Shown: positions 18,190-29,845 of the stretch, piece after piece
How positions within the stretch are numbered: the stretch's first letter is position 1
Layout of the letters: every line of letters starts with the position of its first letter
From: Gammaproteobacteria bacterium
GTDB taxonomy: Bacteria > Pseudomonadota > Gammaproteobacteria > GCA-001735895
DNA: 64,000 nt
NCBI GenBank assembly: GCA_050298595.1
Contig: JBNKUM010000115.1
Span: 64,001 to 128,000, forward strand
Reading direction: 5' to 3'
Translations under genes and position numbers: made by a program
The notes under the pieces: model-generated
What the model was told of the DNA's origin: nothing
The model's input: only the letters and a program-made list of their open reading frames with translations
Databases searched by the model: none

Positions 18190-19274
18190 ACCAGTGCCTC
18201 TTTTAATACGCCCTGTGCTACCAGCTTAGCGGCCTCTGTATAGGCAACCGCGCGGGCATTCATCGACATTGTTAATACCTGATCTCGCTCCGCAGAAAAT
18301 CGATTTATAATTTCAACCAGTTTTTCAGGCGTTAACTCATGATCGCGAATCAATAGCGCCGCATCAGCTGCCTCAAGAAAACCTGCATTCATATATTGAT
18401 GATCATCCACTGCATAAGGATAAGGTACCAGTATGGATGCCATACCTGCAGCAGCCAGCTCAGAGACAGTTAAGGCACCTGAGCGACACAAAACCAGATC
18501 GGCCCATTCATAAGCACTTTTCATATCCTTTACAAAAGGAATAACCTCAGCTTCAACTTCACATTGCTGATACAGGCCCTGAAGGACGTCTAAATGTCTC
18601 TCGCCGCTTTGATGCTTAATCTCCGGACGCTGCTGTGGTGCAATTTTTTGTATAGCCACAGGCACAACTTCATTCAGTGTTTTCGCACCCAAACTTCCTC
18701 CGATTATTAACAACCTTAGAGGAGCCTGCTCGCGCCCAGCCAGGCGGATCTGCGGAGCTGCTATTGCAAGAATATCTGCCCTTACTGGATTACCGACTAC
18801 TTCGCTATTAGCAATTCCTGCAGCTGCCTGAGGAAAGGCAAAATAACTGATACGCGACAAGCCTCTGAGTAATTTATTGGTCAGCCCAATCACCGCATTT
18901 TGCTCGTGAATAATCAGTGGGATTCTTAAAACCCAGGCCATCAGTCCACCTGGCCCCGAAGCAAAACCACCCATACCCAGTACAGCGCGTGGACGATTTC
19001 TACGTAGAATATTCATCGCCTGCCAGCAGGCCTGAATAAGTTTCCATGGTGCCAGAGCAATAGTAAGTACTCCCTTACCACGTAGCCCCTGAACATCCAG
19101 CCATTCAACAGGGAAACCAGCCTCTGGAACCAGCCTTGCTTCTATACCACTGCGGGTTCCCATCCAAACGATAGTTTCACCTTGCTGGCGTAGAAATTCC
19201 GCAACCGCAAGTGCAGGAAAAACATGGCCACCGGTACCACCCGCCATTACGATAATTGGACGTTTAGCAGTCAT
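18186..19274 (-). CDS. murG: Lipid I N-acetylglucosaminyltransferase MurG
   Basis: MAGGTGGHVFPALAVA, IHEQN, GNPVR, GGSLGA, CRSGALTVSE, DDHQ. Confidence 0.98.
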   Translation of the reverse strand: MTAKRPIIVMAGGTGGHVFPALAVAEFLRQQGETIVWMGTRSGIEARLVPEAGFPVEWLDVQGLRGKGVLTIALAPWKLIQACWQAMNILRRNRPRAVLGMGGFASGPGGLMAWVLRIPLIIHEQNAVIGLTNKLLRGLSRISYFAFPQAAAGIANSEVVGNPVRADILAIAAPQIRLAGREQAPLRLLIIGGSLGAKTLNEVVPVAIQKIAPQQRPEIKHQSGERHLDVLQGLYQQCEVEAEVIPFVKDMKSAYEWADLVLCRSGALTVSELAAAGMASILVPYPYAVDDHQYMNAGFLEAADAALLIRDHELTPEKLVEIINRFSAERDQVLTMSMNARAVAYTEAAKLVAQGVLKEALV

Positions 19275-20479
19275 GGCTTAGCCACCTTTTCTTTAACGTC
19301 TTTTTTACGTACAGGTTGCTCAGAACCGACAATATTTTCATAGTGCACACGAAGCACCAGACCTATCGCAAAAGACATAATCAGAATACTGTTGCCACCA
19401 TAGCTAATGAATGGCAGGGTTAATCCTTTAGTGGGGAGCGCTCCCATATTCACGCCCATATTGATAAGTGCCTGAATGCTCACCAACAGGGCAACGCCGT
19501 ACACAAGGTAAGCACCAAAAGCATGGCCATTTAGCAGAGCTGTCTTACCAATATTGAAGCAACGCAATAAAAACCATCCATAAATCACCACCAGAAAAAC
19601 AATCCCGATCAAACCCAGTTCTTCGGCGTAAATGGCAAACAGAAAATCGGTATGTGCTTCTGGCAGATAAAAAAGCTTCTGGATACTACCGCCCAGGCCA
19701 GTACCGAACATCCCACCACTCCCTATAGCGATCAATGATTGAGTCAGCTGAAATCCGCTATTGAAAGGATCTGCCCAGGGATCAAGAAAAGAGGTAACAC
19801 GTGCCATTCGATAAGGAGAAGCCATTGCCAATAACACCATAATGCTCAGGGTACCGATTACAAAAAGGAAGAAATTTCCAAAGCGCACTCCACCCAGATA
19901 CATCATCCCGAGGCCCGTCATCAGCAACACAGAAGCTGCACCAAAGTCTGGCTCCATCAATAACAGACCACTGGCGACAGCGAGAATAATCATAGGTTTG
20001 AGAAAGCCTTTCATGTCAGTTTTAATTTCATCCGAACGACGAATCAGATAACCGCTCAGATAGATAATCAAAAACAACTTGGCTATCTCAGAAACCTGAA
20101 CCGTAAAAACTATCAAATCCAGCCAGCGGGTTGATCCATTCACCGTGCGGCCTATACCCGGCACCAGTACCAGCGCCAGTAGCACGATAGAACCCAGCAT
20201 TAACAGCATGCCATTGTTACGCCACAGGCTAGTAGGAATGCGATACGCCAACCAAACCAGTACTACACCCAGAAGCAGACGTAAGAACTGTCGCTTGCCA
20301 AAATAAAAGGGGTCACCCATTTGCTGGTCAGCAATACCGATGGATGCCGAAGTCACCATGATCAATCCAATTAGAGCTAGCAATCCATAGATCACTACAA
20401 TCTGGTTATCCAGTGTGTTTGAAATCAACGGAGTTTCCGCCTTAGGCAGTTTTGATGAGCGTATCGCCTGACCCGTCAT
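19271..20479 (-). CDS. ftsW: SEDS peptidoglycan glycosyltransferase FtsW
   Basis: GLIMVTSAS, VNGSTRW, EPDFG, FLDPWADPFNSGFQLTQSLIAIG, YLPEAHTDF, LPFISYGG. Confidence 0.97.
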   Translation of the reverse strand: MTGQAIRSSKLPKAETPLISNTLDNQIVVIYGLLALIGLIMVTSASIGIADQQMGDPFYFGKRQFLRLLLGVVLVWLAYRIPTSLWRNNGMLLMLGSIVLLALVLVPGIGRTVNGSTRWLDLIVFTVQVSEIAKLFLIIYLSGYLIRRSDEIKTDMKGFLKPMIILAVASGLLLMEPDFGAASVLLMTGLGMMYLGGVRFGNFFLFVIGTLSIMVLLAMASPYRMARVTSFLDPWADPFNSGFQLTQSLIAIGSGGMFGTGLGGSIQKLFYLPEAHTDFLFAIYAEELGLIGIVFLVVIYGWFLLRCFNIGKTALLNGHAFGAYLVYGVALLVSIQALINMGVNMGALPTKGLTLPFISYGGNSILIMSFAIGLVLRVHYENIVGSEQPVRKKDVKEKVAKP

Positions 20480-21813
20480 GACAGCGCCCTCACCAGACTG
20501 CTAAATTGTTGACCCCTATCTGCAAAACCTTTGAACTGATCCAAGCTGGCACAGGCCGGTGATAGTAAAACCAGATCTCCTGGCTGTGCGATTTGATGTG
20601 CTCGAACTACTGCTTCAGCCAGATTTTTAACCTGCTCGATGCGAGTACAACCCTTTAGAGATTCTTCAATTTTATCGGCATCCTGCCCAAACAATAAAAT
20701 ACAGGAAACCTTTTCTCTTACTGCAGTACAAAGCGACTGCATGTTGGCCCCTTTACTTTGCCCTCCCGCCAGTAAAATAATCGGTTCATCTATACCCTGT
20801 ATGGCTGCCAGTGCTGCACCGGGATTCGTCGCTTTAGAATCATTAATCCAGGTAACACCATTAATTTCTGCCACCCACTGGCTGCGATGATCCAGTCCAG
20901 GAAACTGTTTCAGTGTTTCAACAATTGCAGCTTTCGGAATTCCAGCTATTTCAGCCATCGCCATAGCAACCAGGCAGTTAGCCCAGTTGTGACGACCTTT
21001 CAGTTTAAGCTCACTTGTATTTATCCAGCCCACACCTTTTACTGCTAGCATGGTCTCTGGATGTTGAAGAATATGGTAATCCACATCATCACGTTGTAGA
21101 GAAAAACGAATGTCTTCAGATGAATGTTGAGTCAGTTCATCGTCTGCATTACTGATGACATATTCTGCATTACGATAGATCCTTTTCTTACTATTCTTAT
21201 AATCAGCCAGATCATCATAACGATCCATATGATCTTCACTGACGTTCAAAACGGTCGCAACTAATGGCCGTAGACTCTCGGTAGTTTCTAGTTGAAAACT
21301 GGATAGCTCTAATACATACAGATCAGCATCCTGCTGCAATAGATCAAGCGCCGGTATGCCTATATTGCCACCCACAGCAACTTTCTTTCCACCTGCAGCT
21401 ATCATTTGACCCACTAAGGTAGTGACCGTAGTTTTTCCATTGGAGCCCGTGATTGCGACAACCGGTTTATTCACCGCTTCAGCGAATAACTCAATATCGC
21501 CAATCACTCTTACGCCTGACTGTGCCACTTTTTTAATCAATGGACTTCTAACAGATAGCCCAGGACTGACGATCCAGCAATCTGCCTGCTCTATCAGCGA
21601 CTCTGTTAATGGCTGTATTAGTACATTGGCATCAGGGAAAGCAGCAAGCAACTGATCCAGATAGGGAGGCTGTTCACGGTCATCCTGCACGCTACAGTTA
21701 TAACCATTGCTTAGCAGATAACAGGCAGCTGAATACCCTGTCAGCCCCAACCCAATAATCAGGTAGCGCTGATCAAGATGAACATGCTGCTGTTGTGTTA
21801 TCATCTGTATCAC
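20476..21813 (-). CDS. murD: UDP-N-acetylmuramoyl-L-alanine--D-glutamate ligase
   Basis: [56 protein letters not shown]. Confidence 0.97.
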   Translation of the reverse strand: MIQMITQQQHVHLDQRYLIIGLGLTGYSAACYLLSNGYNCSVQDDREQPPYLDQLLAAFPDANVLIQPLTESLIEQADCWIVSPGLSVRSPLIKKVAQSGVRVIGDIELFAEAVNKPVVAITGSNGKTTVTTLVGQMIAAGGKKVAVGGNIGIPALDLLQQDADLYVLELSSFQLETTESLRPLVATVLNVSEDHMDRYDDLADYKNSKKRIYRNAEYVISNADDELTQHSSEDIRFSLQRDDVDYHILQHPETMLAVKGVGWINTSELKLKGRHNWANCLVAMAMAEIAGIPKAAIVETLKQFPGLDHRSQWVAEINGVTWINDSKATNPGAALAAIQGIDEPIILLAGGQSKGANMQSLCTAVREKVSCILLFGQDADKIEESLKGCTRIEQVKNLAEAVVRAHQIAQPGDLVLLSPACASLDQFKGFADRGQQFSSLVRALS

Positions 21814-22892
21814 CGTATTTTCAAACTCGACAGTCCAATCAGCACCAGGATTACCGTAATAATCCAGAAGCGCACAATAATGCGCGGCTCGGGCCAGCCC
21901 TTTAACTCATAATGATGATGTAGTGGTGCCATGCGAAAAATGCGTCTACCGGTTAACTTGTAAGAGGCCACCTGCAAAACCACTGAAATGGTTTCAACCA
22001 CGAAAATCCCCCCCATGATGAATAGCACTAGTTCCTGACGTACGACGACGGCAACTATGCCCAGTGCTGCACCCAGTGCCAGAGCCCCAACATCGCCCAT
22101 AAACACCTGAGCGGGATAGGTATTGAACCAGAGAAAACCCAGTCCAGCACCCACCAGTGCGCCACAGAACACAACCATTTCACCTACACCAGGGACATAA
22201 GGAATACCGAGGTATCCTGCAAAATTGGTATTCCCTGTCACATAAGCGAATACACCCAGTGCACCACCCACCAGTACGGTCGGTAAAATAGCCAGTCCAT
22301 CCAGACCGTCGGTCAGGTTAACTGAATTACTACTACCGACGATGACCAGATAAGCAAGCACGATGTAAAACCAGCCCAGATCTAATACTACATTTTTAAA
22401 GAAAGGTAGAATTAACTGGGTTTCAATTGGTACCTGAGCGGTAGTGAAAAGAACATAGGCAGCTGTCAATCCAATAATGGATTGCCATAAATATTTGGCT
22501 CTGGCTGATAGCCCTTTAGAATTCCCGAAAACAATTTTCCTGTAATCGTCTACCCAGCCAATAATTCCGAAACCTCCAGTTACCGTGACCACGATCCACA
22601 CAAAGCGTGACGATAGATCACTCCATAACAGGGTACTGACTATGATTGCCACCAGAATAAGCGCTCCACCCATAGTAGGTGTGCCGGCTTTACTGAAATG
22701 CGATTGTGGACCATCATCGCGTACGTTCTGTCCGATATTATATCGACTCAGATAACGAATCATGCCCGGTCCAACAAATAATGAAATCAGCAAAGCGGTC
22801 AGCACACCGAGTATGGTGCGCATAGTCAGGTACTGAAACAGGTTGAAGCCACTGTAGAACTGCGTCAGGTATTCAGCGAGACTATACAGCAT
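21810..22892 (-). CDS. mraY: Phospho-N-acetylmuramoyl-pentapeptide transferase
   Basis: [49 protein letters not shown]. Confidence 0.98.
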   Translation of the reverse strand: MLYSLAEYLTQFYSGFNLFQYLTMRTILGVLTALLISLFVGPGMIRYLSRYNIGQNVRDDGPQSHFSKAGTPTMGGALILVAIIVSTLLWSDLSSRFVWIVVTVTGGFGIIGWVDDYRKIVFGNSKGLSARAKYLWQSIIGLTAAYVLFTTAQVPIETQLILPFFKNVVLDLGWFYIVLAYLVIVGSSNSVNLTDGLDGLAILPTVLVGGALGVFAYVTGNTNFAGYLGIPYVPGVGEMVVFCGALVGAGLGFLWFNTYPAQVFMGDVGALALGAALGIVAVVVRQELVLFIMGGIFVVETISVVLQVASYKLTGRRIFRMAPLHHHYELKGWPEPRIIVRFWIITVILVLIGLSSLKIR

Positions 22893-24252
22893 AATCATCT
22901 CCATTCTGCGTGGACGAGTCTTTTAATGCTGCCACCAGTTTTTCCATCTGGGCACTACGCGATCCTTTAATTAAAAGATTAATACCACTATGTAATCTTG
23001 CACTTATAAAGCGCGCCATATCTTCATGATTTTCAAAACAATAACCTTCATCACCAAAAACTTTTGCTGCCTTACAGCTAAAAGTGCCCAACGCAAAAAA
23101 TTTAACTACCCCAATTTCTTTTGCTACTGTCAAAGCCTGTTCATGCAATCTGAGTGCATCGGCACCCAGTTCAGCCATATCACCCAGAGCTAACCAGGCC
23201 ACTCCACGTTGTGTACATAACACATTCACAGCCGCTATTAAGGAACCAGGGTTTGCATTGTAACTATCATCGATAATCAGGCTCTTGTTCACACCGGGGT
23301 AAAACTTCTGGCGTCCACTGACACCGACAAAACCACCCAGCCCCTCAGCTGCCCGCTGTAGGCTGAAACCACAGGCCGTCGCCAGAGTGATTGCAGCTAC
23401 TGCATTCTGAACATTATGTAAGCCCTGCATTTGAATCTCGGTATCTACCTCATCATGTCCCTGTGTCACTTCGATATGCAGGGTATCTGCCTGCTGTACA
23501 TAAGCACCGGTTACATCACTCTGCTGCCTTAATGAAAAACTGATATGTCGAGAACTGGCAGCTATAGATTTCCAGTAATCCACAGCATCCTCGTCTTCAT
23601 TGAATACGGCAATCGCTGACGATGAGGAAAATTGATACATCTCTCCTTTGGCTCGAATCACACCCTGACGCGAGCCAAAACCTTCAACATGAGCGTTCTG
23701 GGCATTATTCACATACACCACATCGGGTTCAGCTATTCTCAACAGGGTATGGATTTCATGTGGATGATTCGCCCCCATCTCAATCACCGCAAAGCGATGT
23801 TGTGGTGTGAGACGAAACAAAGTCAAAGGCACGCCAATGTCATTATTTAAATTTCCCAGCGTCATCAACGTCCTATATTCGCAGGAAAGAATGCGACCCA
23901 GCATTTCTTTTATGGTTGTTTTACCATTACTGCCACTGATCCCAATAACTTTTGCTGGCATCTTATGACGCCAGAAATTAGCCAGGTTACCCAGTGCTGA
24001 GCGACAGTCTTCAACAATCAACTGAGGTATATCTATATCAACAGCATGTTCAACCATAACTGCTGCAGCACCTTTATCCCTTGCCATAGTCACAAAATCA
24101 TGCCCATCAAAGTTTTTACCCTTGATGGCAGTAAATAAAGCTCCGGCACAGTCCTTGCGAGTATCGATAACAACCCCTTTAAAATAAAACTCTGAAACCT
24201 CAGAGCTCTGGGGAAATAATTTGATCAACTCATCAGAGTGAAGACTGATCAT
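22882..24252 (-). CDS. murF: UDP-N-acetylmuramoyl-tripeptide--D-Ala-D-Ala ligase
   Basis: [53 protein letters not shown]. Confidence 0.96.
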   Translation of the reverse strand: MISLHSDELIKLFPQSSEVSEFYFKGVVIDTRKDCAGALFTAIKGKNFDGHDFVTMARDKGAAAVMVEHAVDIDIPQLIVEDCRSALGNLANFWRHKMPAKVIGISGSNGKTTIKEMLGRILSCEYRTLMTLGNLNNDIGVPLTLFRLTPQHRFAVIEMGANHPHEIHTLLRIAEPDVVYVNNAQNAHVEGFGSRQGVIRAKGEMYQFSSSSAIAVFNEDEDAVDYWKSIAASSRHISFSLRQQSDVTGAYVQQADTLHIEVTQGHDEVDTEIQMQGLHNVQNAVAAITLATACGFSLQRAAEGLGGFVGVSGRQKFYPGVNKSLIIDDSYNANPGSLIAAVNVLCTQRGVAWLALGDMAELGADALRLHEQALTVAKEIGVVKFFALGTFSCKAAKVFGDEGYCFENHEDMARFISARLHSGINLLIKGSRSAQMEKLVAALKDSSTQNGDDYAV

Positions 24253-25778
24253 AAAGACTGCTCCTGTCGAATTTCAACTACCAGGTCTCTATCACTAAAC
24301 GGGATTTTCTGCTCACCGATAATCTGAAACTGTTCATGCCCTTTTCCGGCGATAACCAACAGATCATTTTCGTTAGCCTGAGTCATTGCAGTTTTTATCG
24401 CCACTGCTCGGTCATGGATTACTCGCACGAGTTCAGGATGCTGTAACCCGACAACGATTTCATTCATGATTTTCTGTGCTGACTCGGTACGCGGGTTATC
24501 ATCGGTAAGGATAACGTGATCGGCCAGACGCTCCGCTACCGCAGCCATTTTAGGCCGTTTACTTTGATCTCTATCACCACCACAGCCAAATACACAATAA
24601 AGAGCACCCTGATAGCTGTCTTTAACTGCATTCAGACAGGCTTCTAACGCCTGTTCAGTATGAGCAAAGTCGATCACGACTGCAGGATATCCATTATGTG
24701 CCGGATAATATTCCATACGACCGGGAATAGGTTTTAGCTGTTCCATTGCTGACTCTATCTGTTGTCTATCAAAACCCAGCAACTGCAACACCGCCACACA
24801 GGAAAGCAGGTTATCAACATTAAACGAACCGATTAAGGCGCTTTGAATTCTGATATCACCCAGGGAAGTCGATGCAACAATCTCCAGCCCCTGCTCATTC
24901 ATCTGACTATGCTTTATGGAGACTGAATTATGTTCAGTCATCTGTGTATGTGCATTTACAGCCAGTGAGGTATCCAGATTATATTGCTGGAATAATTTTG
25001 CTCCCAGCTCATCATCAACATTAAAAGCACGTCCGGTTAAACTACTATATTCAAAAAGTTGAGATTTAGCTGCCGCATATTGTTCCAGAGTGCCATGATA
25101 ATCCAGATGATCGCTACCCAGATTGGTTAATAATGCAATATCAAATTCACAGCCACTCACTCGATATTGCTGTAATGCGTGCGACGAAACTTCCATCACA
25201 ATATATTCACAACCTTGCTGAAGTAGCTCAGCTAATAATGCCTGTATACAAATAGCATCCGGAGTTGTATAGCCAAGCATATTCAGCCGGTTAGCAACGC
25301 CATAGCCTAGTGTGCCTATACTGCCGGCAGTTTTCCCAACACGAGTCAACGCCTGAACCAGTAAATGGGTCACACTGGTTTTACCATCGGTACCGGTTAC
25401 AGCGATTAATTTAAGCGCTCTGGCTGGATCAGCATAAAAGCGACTGGCAATCTTACCGGTCATACGATTTAAATCTACTACAGGTATCCATTGGGTACTT
25501 AGCTGTTTTTCCAGCAAGTCTATACGTTGCTTACTATAGCTATCGCTTGCATCATACAAAACAGCAACTGCGCCCTGCTTGACTGCATCAGCGGAAAAAT
25601 CAATAGCATGATGTTTTATTCCTGCCTGTGCGACGAATACATCACCCGCCTGGAGCATCTGACTATTACTGGAGATACCCTGTATCGGCAAATCGCTTAA
25701 ATATTCGGGTTCGACAAAGCCCTGCAAAAGCTGCTTAAGAGTCATCGAAACAGTGAGATTCTGATGAGCCATCATCAC
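24249..25778 (-). CDS. murE: UDP-N-acetylmuramoyl-dipeptide--meso-diaminopimelate ligase
   Basis: VTGTDGKTS, MEVSSH, DHLDYH, PGRME, DFAHT, FGCGGDRD, DNPR (DAP specificity), AGKGHE. Confidence 0.96.
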   Translation of the reverse strand: MMMAHQNLTVSMTLKQLLQGFVEPEYLSDLPIQGISSNSQMLQAGDVFVAQAGIKHHAIDFSADAVKQGAVAVLYDASDSYSKQRIDLLEKQLSTQWIPVVDLNRMTGKIASRFYADPARALKLIAVTGTDGKTSVTHLLVQALTRVGKTAGSIGTLGYGVANRLNMLGYTTPDAICIQALLAELLQQGCEYIVMEVSSHALQQYRVSGCEFDIALLTNLGSDHLDYHGTLEQYAAAKSQLFEYSSLTGRAFNVDDELGAKLFQQYNLDTSLAVNAHTQMTEHNSVSIKHSQMNEQGLEIVASTSLGDIRIQSALIGSFNVDNLLSCVAVLQLLGFDRQQIESAMEQLKPIPGRMEYYPAHNGYPAVVIDFAHTEQALEACLNAVKDSYQGALYCVFGCGGDRDQSKRPKMAAVAERLADHVILTDDNPRTESAQKIMNEIVVGLQHPELVRVIHDRAVAIKTAMTQANENDLLVIAGKGHEQFQIIGEQKIPFSDRDLVVEIRQEQSL

Positions 25779-27484
25779 ACCTTCGTCTCCCCTGATTTCG
25801 CCATGCGTTGAATAGCCGGCAAATCATCTGGAGATATATTCATCAGGCGCAGGGCATGCCCGAGTACTTCGCTAAATACTGGTGCCGCTACCTGACCACC
25901 GTGGTAACCATTCTGTTTTGGGTCATCAATCATCACCGCCATCACCAGTCGAGGATTACTCACAGGAACCACACCTGCAAAAACTGAAACATAGCTATCT
26001 TTCAAATATCCGCCAGCAGCACTCTTTCGGGCTGTACCTGTTTTGCCTGCAACTCTATATCCATTGATAGCGGCCCGCTTAGCTGTACCGCCAGGCCCCA
26101 CCACCTGCTCCATCATTTCCAGGATTCTTTGCGCTGTTGCAGCAGTCATCACCTGACGTGACTCTGGCACTTGATCAACCTTCAATAAACTCAATGGCAA
26201 TAATTTGCCCTGATTTGCAAACAGGCTATAAGCTCTTGCCAGTTGCAAAGCACTCACTGAAAGCCCATAACCAAAAGCAATTGTGGCATGATCTAGTGGC
26301 TGCCAGTCACTGTAGTAACTTAGATAACCCGATGAGGCTGCAGGAAAACTTATACCGGTTGGTTCACCGAAACCAAAATCAGTAAAAGATTGCCACAGCT
26401 CCTTTGGCGTCATGGACAATGCGACCTTGGAAGCACCCACATTACTTGATTTACGTAATATGCCTGCCAGATCCAGTACACCATAATCTCTAAAATCTTT
26501 TATAGGATAGCCACTTACTTTCATGTAACCAGGCGAAGTATTGATTCGACTTTTCTGGTTAAACAGCTGCCTGTCCATCGCCGCTGCCAGTGTAAATGGC
26601 TTGATTGAAGAACCCGGCTCAAAAACATCGGTAATCGCACGATTGCGGCGTTGCTCAGCTTTTAGCTTATTACGGCTATTCGGGTTGTAAGAAGGCAGAT
26701 TTGCCAGTGCCAGAATTTCACCTGTTCTGGCATCCAGCAATACTGCACTACCTGATTCTGCATCATGGTATTTAATCGCTTTTGCCAGGCTTCTATAAGC
26801 TATGTATTGCAGACGCATATCCAGACTCATCTGCAAATCATTGCCTGGTTTGGCAGCAGAAACCTGTGCAATGTTCTCGACTACCTGACCTTTTCGATCA
26901 CGTAATATCTGACGCTGGCCGGGAGTAGCTTTTAACCAGTCCTGATACACACGCTCCATACCTTCACTACCGGTATCATCTATATCGGTAAACCCCAGTA
27001 CATGTGACACAATCTCACCAGCAGGATAAAAACGGCTGTACTCACGTTGCAAATAAACACCCTGAGTACCCACAACAGCTTTTTGCGCAAGGTCTGGCTC
27101 TACCCGTCTTTTTAAAAAAATAAATTCTCGTTTAGCACGTTGCGTTACACTGGCCAGCACCTTTGAGTAATTCAAGCCTAACGACTTCGATACCTTTTTC
27201 AGGCCTGGCTTGTCCAGCAGAGCCAGCCTGGGATTAACCCACACTGAATCAACGGGAGTACTTATCGCCAGAGGCGTTCCAAATCGATCAACAATCGCGC
27301 CGCGATAAGCCGGAGTATCAATTGTTCTTAACTGTCGTTGACTGCCTTCGTCCAGCAAAAAATCCTGATCAACCACCTGTAGATAAGAGGCACGCGCAAT
27401 CAGTGCGCCGAACATTAGCAACAGTACAGCCAGCACAAAATAATGCCTTACTGAAAAAAATGATGTTTGATTAGACTCACTCAT
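25775..27484 (-). CDS. ftsI: Penicillin-binding protein 3 (divisome transpeptidase)
   Basis: RGAIVDR, EPGSSIK (SxxK), SSNVG (SxN), GKTGTA (KTG); dcw position. Confidence 0.96.
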   Translation of the reverse strand: MSESNQTSFFSVRHYFVLAVLLLMFGALIARASYLQVVDQDFLLDEGSQRQLRTIDTPAYRGAIVDRFGTPLAISTPVDSVWVNPRLALLDKPGLKKVSKSLGLNYSKVLASVTQRAKREFIFLKRRVEPDLAQKAVVGTQGVYLQREYSRFYPAGEIVSHVLGFTDIDDTGSEGMERVYQDWLKATPGQRQILRDRKGQVVENIAQVSAAKPGNDLQMSLDMRLQYIAYRSLAKAIKYHDAESGSAVLLDARTGEILALANLPSYNPNSRNKLKAEQRRNRAITDVFEPGSSIKPFTLAAAMDRQLFNQKSRINTSPGYMKVSGYPIKDFRDYGVLDLAGILRKSSNVGASKVALSMTPKELWQSFTDFGFGEPTGISFPAASSGYLSYYSDWQPLDHATIAFGYGLSVSALQLARAYSLFANQGKLLPLSLLKVDQVPESRQVMTAATAQRILEMMEQVVGPGGTAKRAAINGYRVAGKTGTARKSAAGGYLKDSYVSVFAGVVPVSNPRLVMAVMIDDPKQNGYHGGQVAAPVFSEVLGHALRLMNISPDDLPAIQRMAKSGETKV

Positions 27485-27485
27485 A

Positions 27486-27749
27486 TCAAGGTAAAGTCAC
27501 TATTTGAATATCTTCAGGTAAAATCATGCCCAGTTTTTTTCGCGCCATGGATTCAACATTCGCCTGTGTAATCAGGGTACTGTTCTGTATCTGCAGGCGA
27601 CTCCACTGAATTACTATTTCGTCCTGCTGCTTTTGAAGCTGCCTCAACTCAGAGAAAAGCACCCGGCTTTCATGTTTCACATAAATCACAGTCATCGCAC
27701 TGCCGGTTACGAGAACTATCAGCAGCATCAGCCAGTAAAGCCGATTCAT
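27486..27749 (-). CDS. ftsL: Cell division protein FtsL
   Basis: Short TM plus coiled coil (SAMTVIYVKHESRVLFSEL...WSRLQIQ...ARKKLGM); lies between rsmH and ftsI. Confidence 0.9.
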   Translation of the reverse strand: MNRLYWLMLLIVLVTGSAMTVIYVKHESRVLFSELRQLQKQQDEIVIQWSRLQIQNSTLITQANVESMARKKLGMILPEDIQIVTLP

Positions 27750-28690
27750 CAGGAGACTCGCTCGGCTACTCTTAATACCGCGCTACGCGAACGCGGGTTT
27801 TGTGCCAGCTCCTTCACCCCGGCTTTAATTGCCTTACCAATAGTGCGCAGTCGTATAGAAACCGACAAATCGCTTTCTCTAACAGGTAAGCCTCGTGGTA
27901 TTGACGGTGCTGTTGACTGCTGTTTAAAAAATCTTTTTACCAGGCGATCTTCCAGCGAATGGAAACTAATCACCAGCAACCGCCCACCTATTTTTAAAAC
28001 ATCAAAGATATCTGCCAGCACCAGCTCAACATGTTCCAGTTCATGATTGATTCGCATACGGATAGCCTGAAAACTTCGTGTAGCCGGATGTTTTTTCTCT
28101 TTGCCAGCAGGCACACAGCCCTTGATGATAGACACCAGGGTGTCTGTATCATTTATCGGTTCCTGCTGGCGGTATTCAACTATCTTGCGCGCAATGCGGC
28201 GAGAAAAACGCTCTTCGCCAAAACGCCATAAAACGTCTGCAATCTCCTTTTCGCTAGCTTTTGTAATCCATTGTTGTGCAGTTTCACCCTGCTCGGTATT
28301 CATACGCATATCCAGTGGGCCATTTTGCTGAAAACTAAAACCACGAGTCGCATCATCCAGCTGAGGAGATGAAACACCCAGATCAAGCAATACACCATCT
28401 ACCTGATTCGCCAGGCCCTGCTGCAAGATATGATTCTTCATATGTGCATAATCATCATGAATAATGGTGACACGTTGATCACCTGCATGTCTGGCGCGAG
28501 CACAGGCTATTGCCTGAGGATCCTTATCCATCACGATCAGACGCCCATGTTCACTCAGCTTTTCCAGTATGGCTGCAGCATGCCCACCGCGGCCAAAGGT
28601 CCCATCTACATACACGCCATCAGGTTTAACCTGCATTGCCTGCAACACCTCATCGAATAAAACAGGCTGATGAACTAGCGGCGAACTCAT
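27749..28690 (-). CDS. rsmH: 16S rRNA m4C1402 methyltransferase
   Basis: HQPVL, DGTFGRGGH, DLGVSSPQLD, GPLDMRM, HPATRSFQA, SFHSLEDR, NPRSRSAVLR. Confidence 0.98.
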   Translation of the reverse strand: MSSPLVHQPVLFDEVLQAMQVKPDGVYVDGTFGRGGHAAAILEKLSEHGRLIVMDKDPQAIACARARHAGDQRVTIIHDDYAHMKNHILQQGLANQVDGVLLDLGVSSPQLDDATRGFSFQQNGPLDMRMNTEQGETAQQWITKASEKEIADVLWRFGEERFSRRIARKIVEYRQQEPINDTDTLVSIIKGCVPAGKEKKHPATRSFQAIRMRINHELEHVELVLADIFDVLKIGGRLLVISFHSLEDRLVKRFFKQQSTAPSIPRGLPVRESDLSVSIRLRTIGKAIKAGVKELAQNPRSRSAVLRVAERVS

Positions 28691-29139
28691 AACCTGAGCT
28701 CCGCTAACGCCGACGGAATTTCATCTTCTCCGTCATCCTCTTCCATGCATAACTTGTCCCACAGCTGCTCATCCCACAGCTCAAACTTGTTACCCTGCCC
28801 GATTAACACGGCCTTTTTCTGTAACTGTGCATAAGTACGCAAAGGAGGAGAAAGCAGCATACGACCATTGGCATCCACTTCGATATCAGTGGCATAACCA
28901 ATTAATTTGCGCTGGATTCGACGAGCCTTTTTATTAAACCCGGGTAAGGCGTTGATTTTTTCTTCAACAACTTCCCATTCGGGTAGAGGGTAAATAAGCA
29001 AACAGGGCTGGTCGGTATCAATAGTCACAACCAGTTGGCCTTCACAAATTTCAGACAGGCGCTCACGATAACGCGCAGGCAAAACCATCCTGCCTTTTGC
29101 ATCGATCGATAGATTTGAAGCCCCTCTGAATTTGTACAC
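28687..29139 (-). CDS. mraZ: Division/cell wall cluster transcriptional repressor MraZ
   Basis: FRGASNLSIDAKGRMVLP, LLIYPLPEW, VDANGRMLL, GQGNKFELWD. GTG start 29139 has SD TAAGG; the ORF-track start 29214 lies inside the promoter. Confidence 0.96.
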   Translation of the reverse strand: MYKFRGASNLSIDAKGRMVLPARYRERLSEICEGQLVVTIDTDQPCLLIYPLPEWEVVEEKINALPGFNKKARRIQRKLIGYATDIEVDANGRMLLSPPLRTYAQLQKKAVLIGQGNKFELWDEQLWDKLCMEEDDGEDEIPSALAELRL

Positions 29140-29156
29140 CGATTTAGCCTTAGTTA

Positions 29157-29219
29157 CCCACTTTGTGACACTTTTCACCACTAATGCACACAGTATCGTC
29201 GCAAAACACCACAAGTCAA
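29157..29219 (-). promoter_or_regulatory. dcw (mra) promoter with MraZ operator repeats
   Basis: Minus strand TTGACT-N16-GATACT, then four GTG-led pentamers at exact 10-nt period (GTGTG, GTGGT, GTGTC, GTGGG), as known for MraZ boxes. Confidence 0.7.
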
Positions 29220-29430
29220 GTAAAAAGAGCCATTTAGGAATAGAGTTTCTTTAATAACAACAATGACTTAGCAATGCTTTATAAAATAATTATTTAATAG
29301 TCTTTAGAAAACAGAAACTAATCGAGGCAAGTTAAAGTAAAACATTAAGTGTTAGTTATTTCTCGTTTTTTTTGAGAAGAAATAACAATCTGAGGTTGGT
29401 AGTTTTGAGCAGAAAGCGCAGTTTTTATAA

Positions 29431-29772
29431 AATAAGTCAGCCGATAAGCCGGGTTCTGTCGTGGATAATCATTCATCTGGAATCACTGTCACCAATGACC
29501 CTCAAGCGACCAACCCGAAAGCAGTGCGGGCCGCACCATAGCTCTCCTATTTGGTCTTGCTCCGAGTGGGGTTTACCCTGCCACTACTGTTGCCAGTAGC
29601 GCGGTGCGCTCTTACCGCACCATTTCACCCTTACCATGCAAGGCATGGCGGTATATTTTCTGTGGCACTTTCCGTAGGCTCACGCCCCCCAGGCGTTACC
29701 TGGCACTCTGCCCTATGGAGCCCGGACTTTCCTCCAGCACCTGATGGCACCAGCGATTATCTGGCTGACTTG
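29431..29772 (-). ncRNA. rnpB: RNase P RNA (class A)
   Basis: Minus strand has GAGGAAAGTCCGGGCTCC, AAAGTGCCACAGAAA, GGGTAAACCCCAC and 3' ACAGAACCCGGCTTAT; terminal P1 pairing AAGTCAGCC/GGCTGACTT; canonical rsmI-rnpB-mraZ position. Confidence 0.97.
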
Positions 29773-29845
29773 GGCGCATAATACAGTAAATTTATAAAAA
29801 AGCCCGCACAATCTGGGTGGATAGCCCCTTCTATTCTGATTTCAG

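Noticed and set aside
29157-29191. 10-nt periodic GTG repeats as a novel repeat element
   Set aside because: Explained by known MraZ operator repeats.
29372-29781. Two plus-strand ORFs (75 and 76 aa) in the ORF track
   Set aside because: They are antisense shadows of the RNase P RNA gene.
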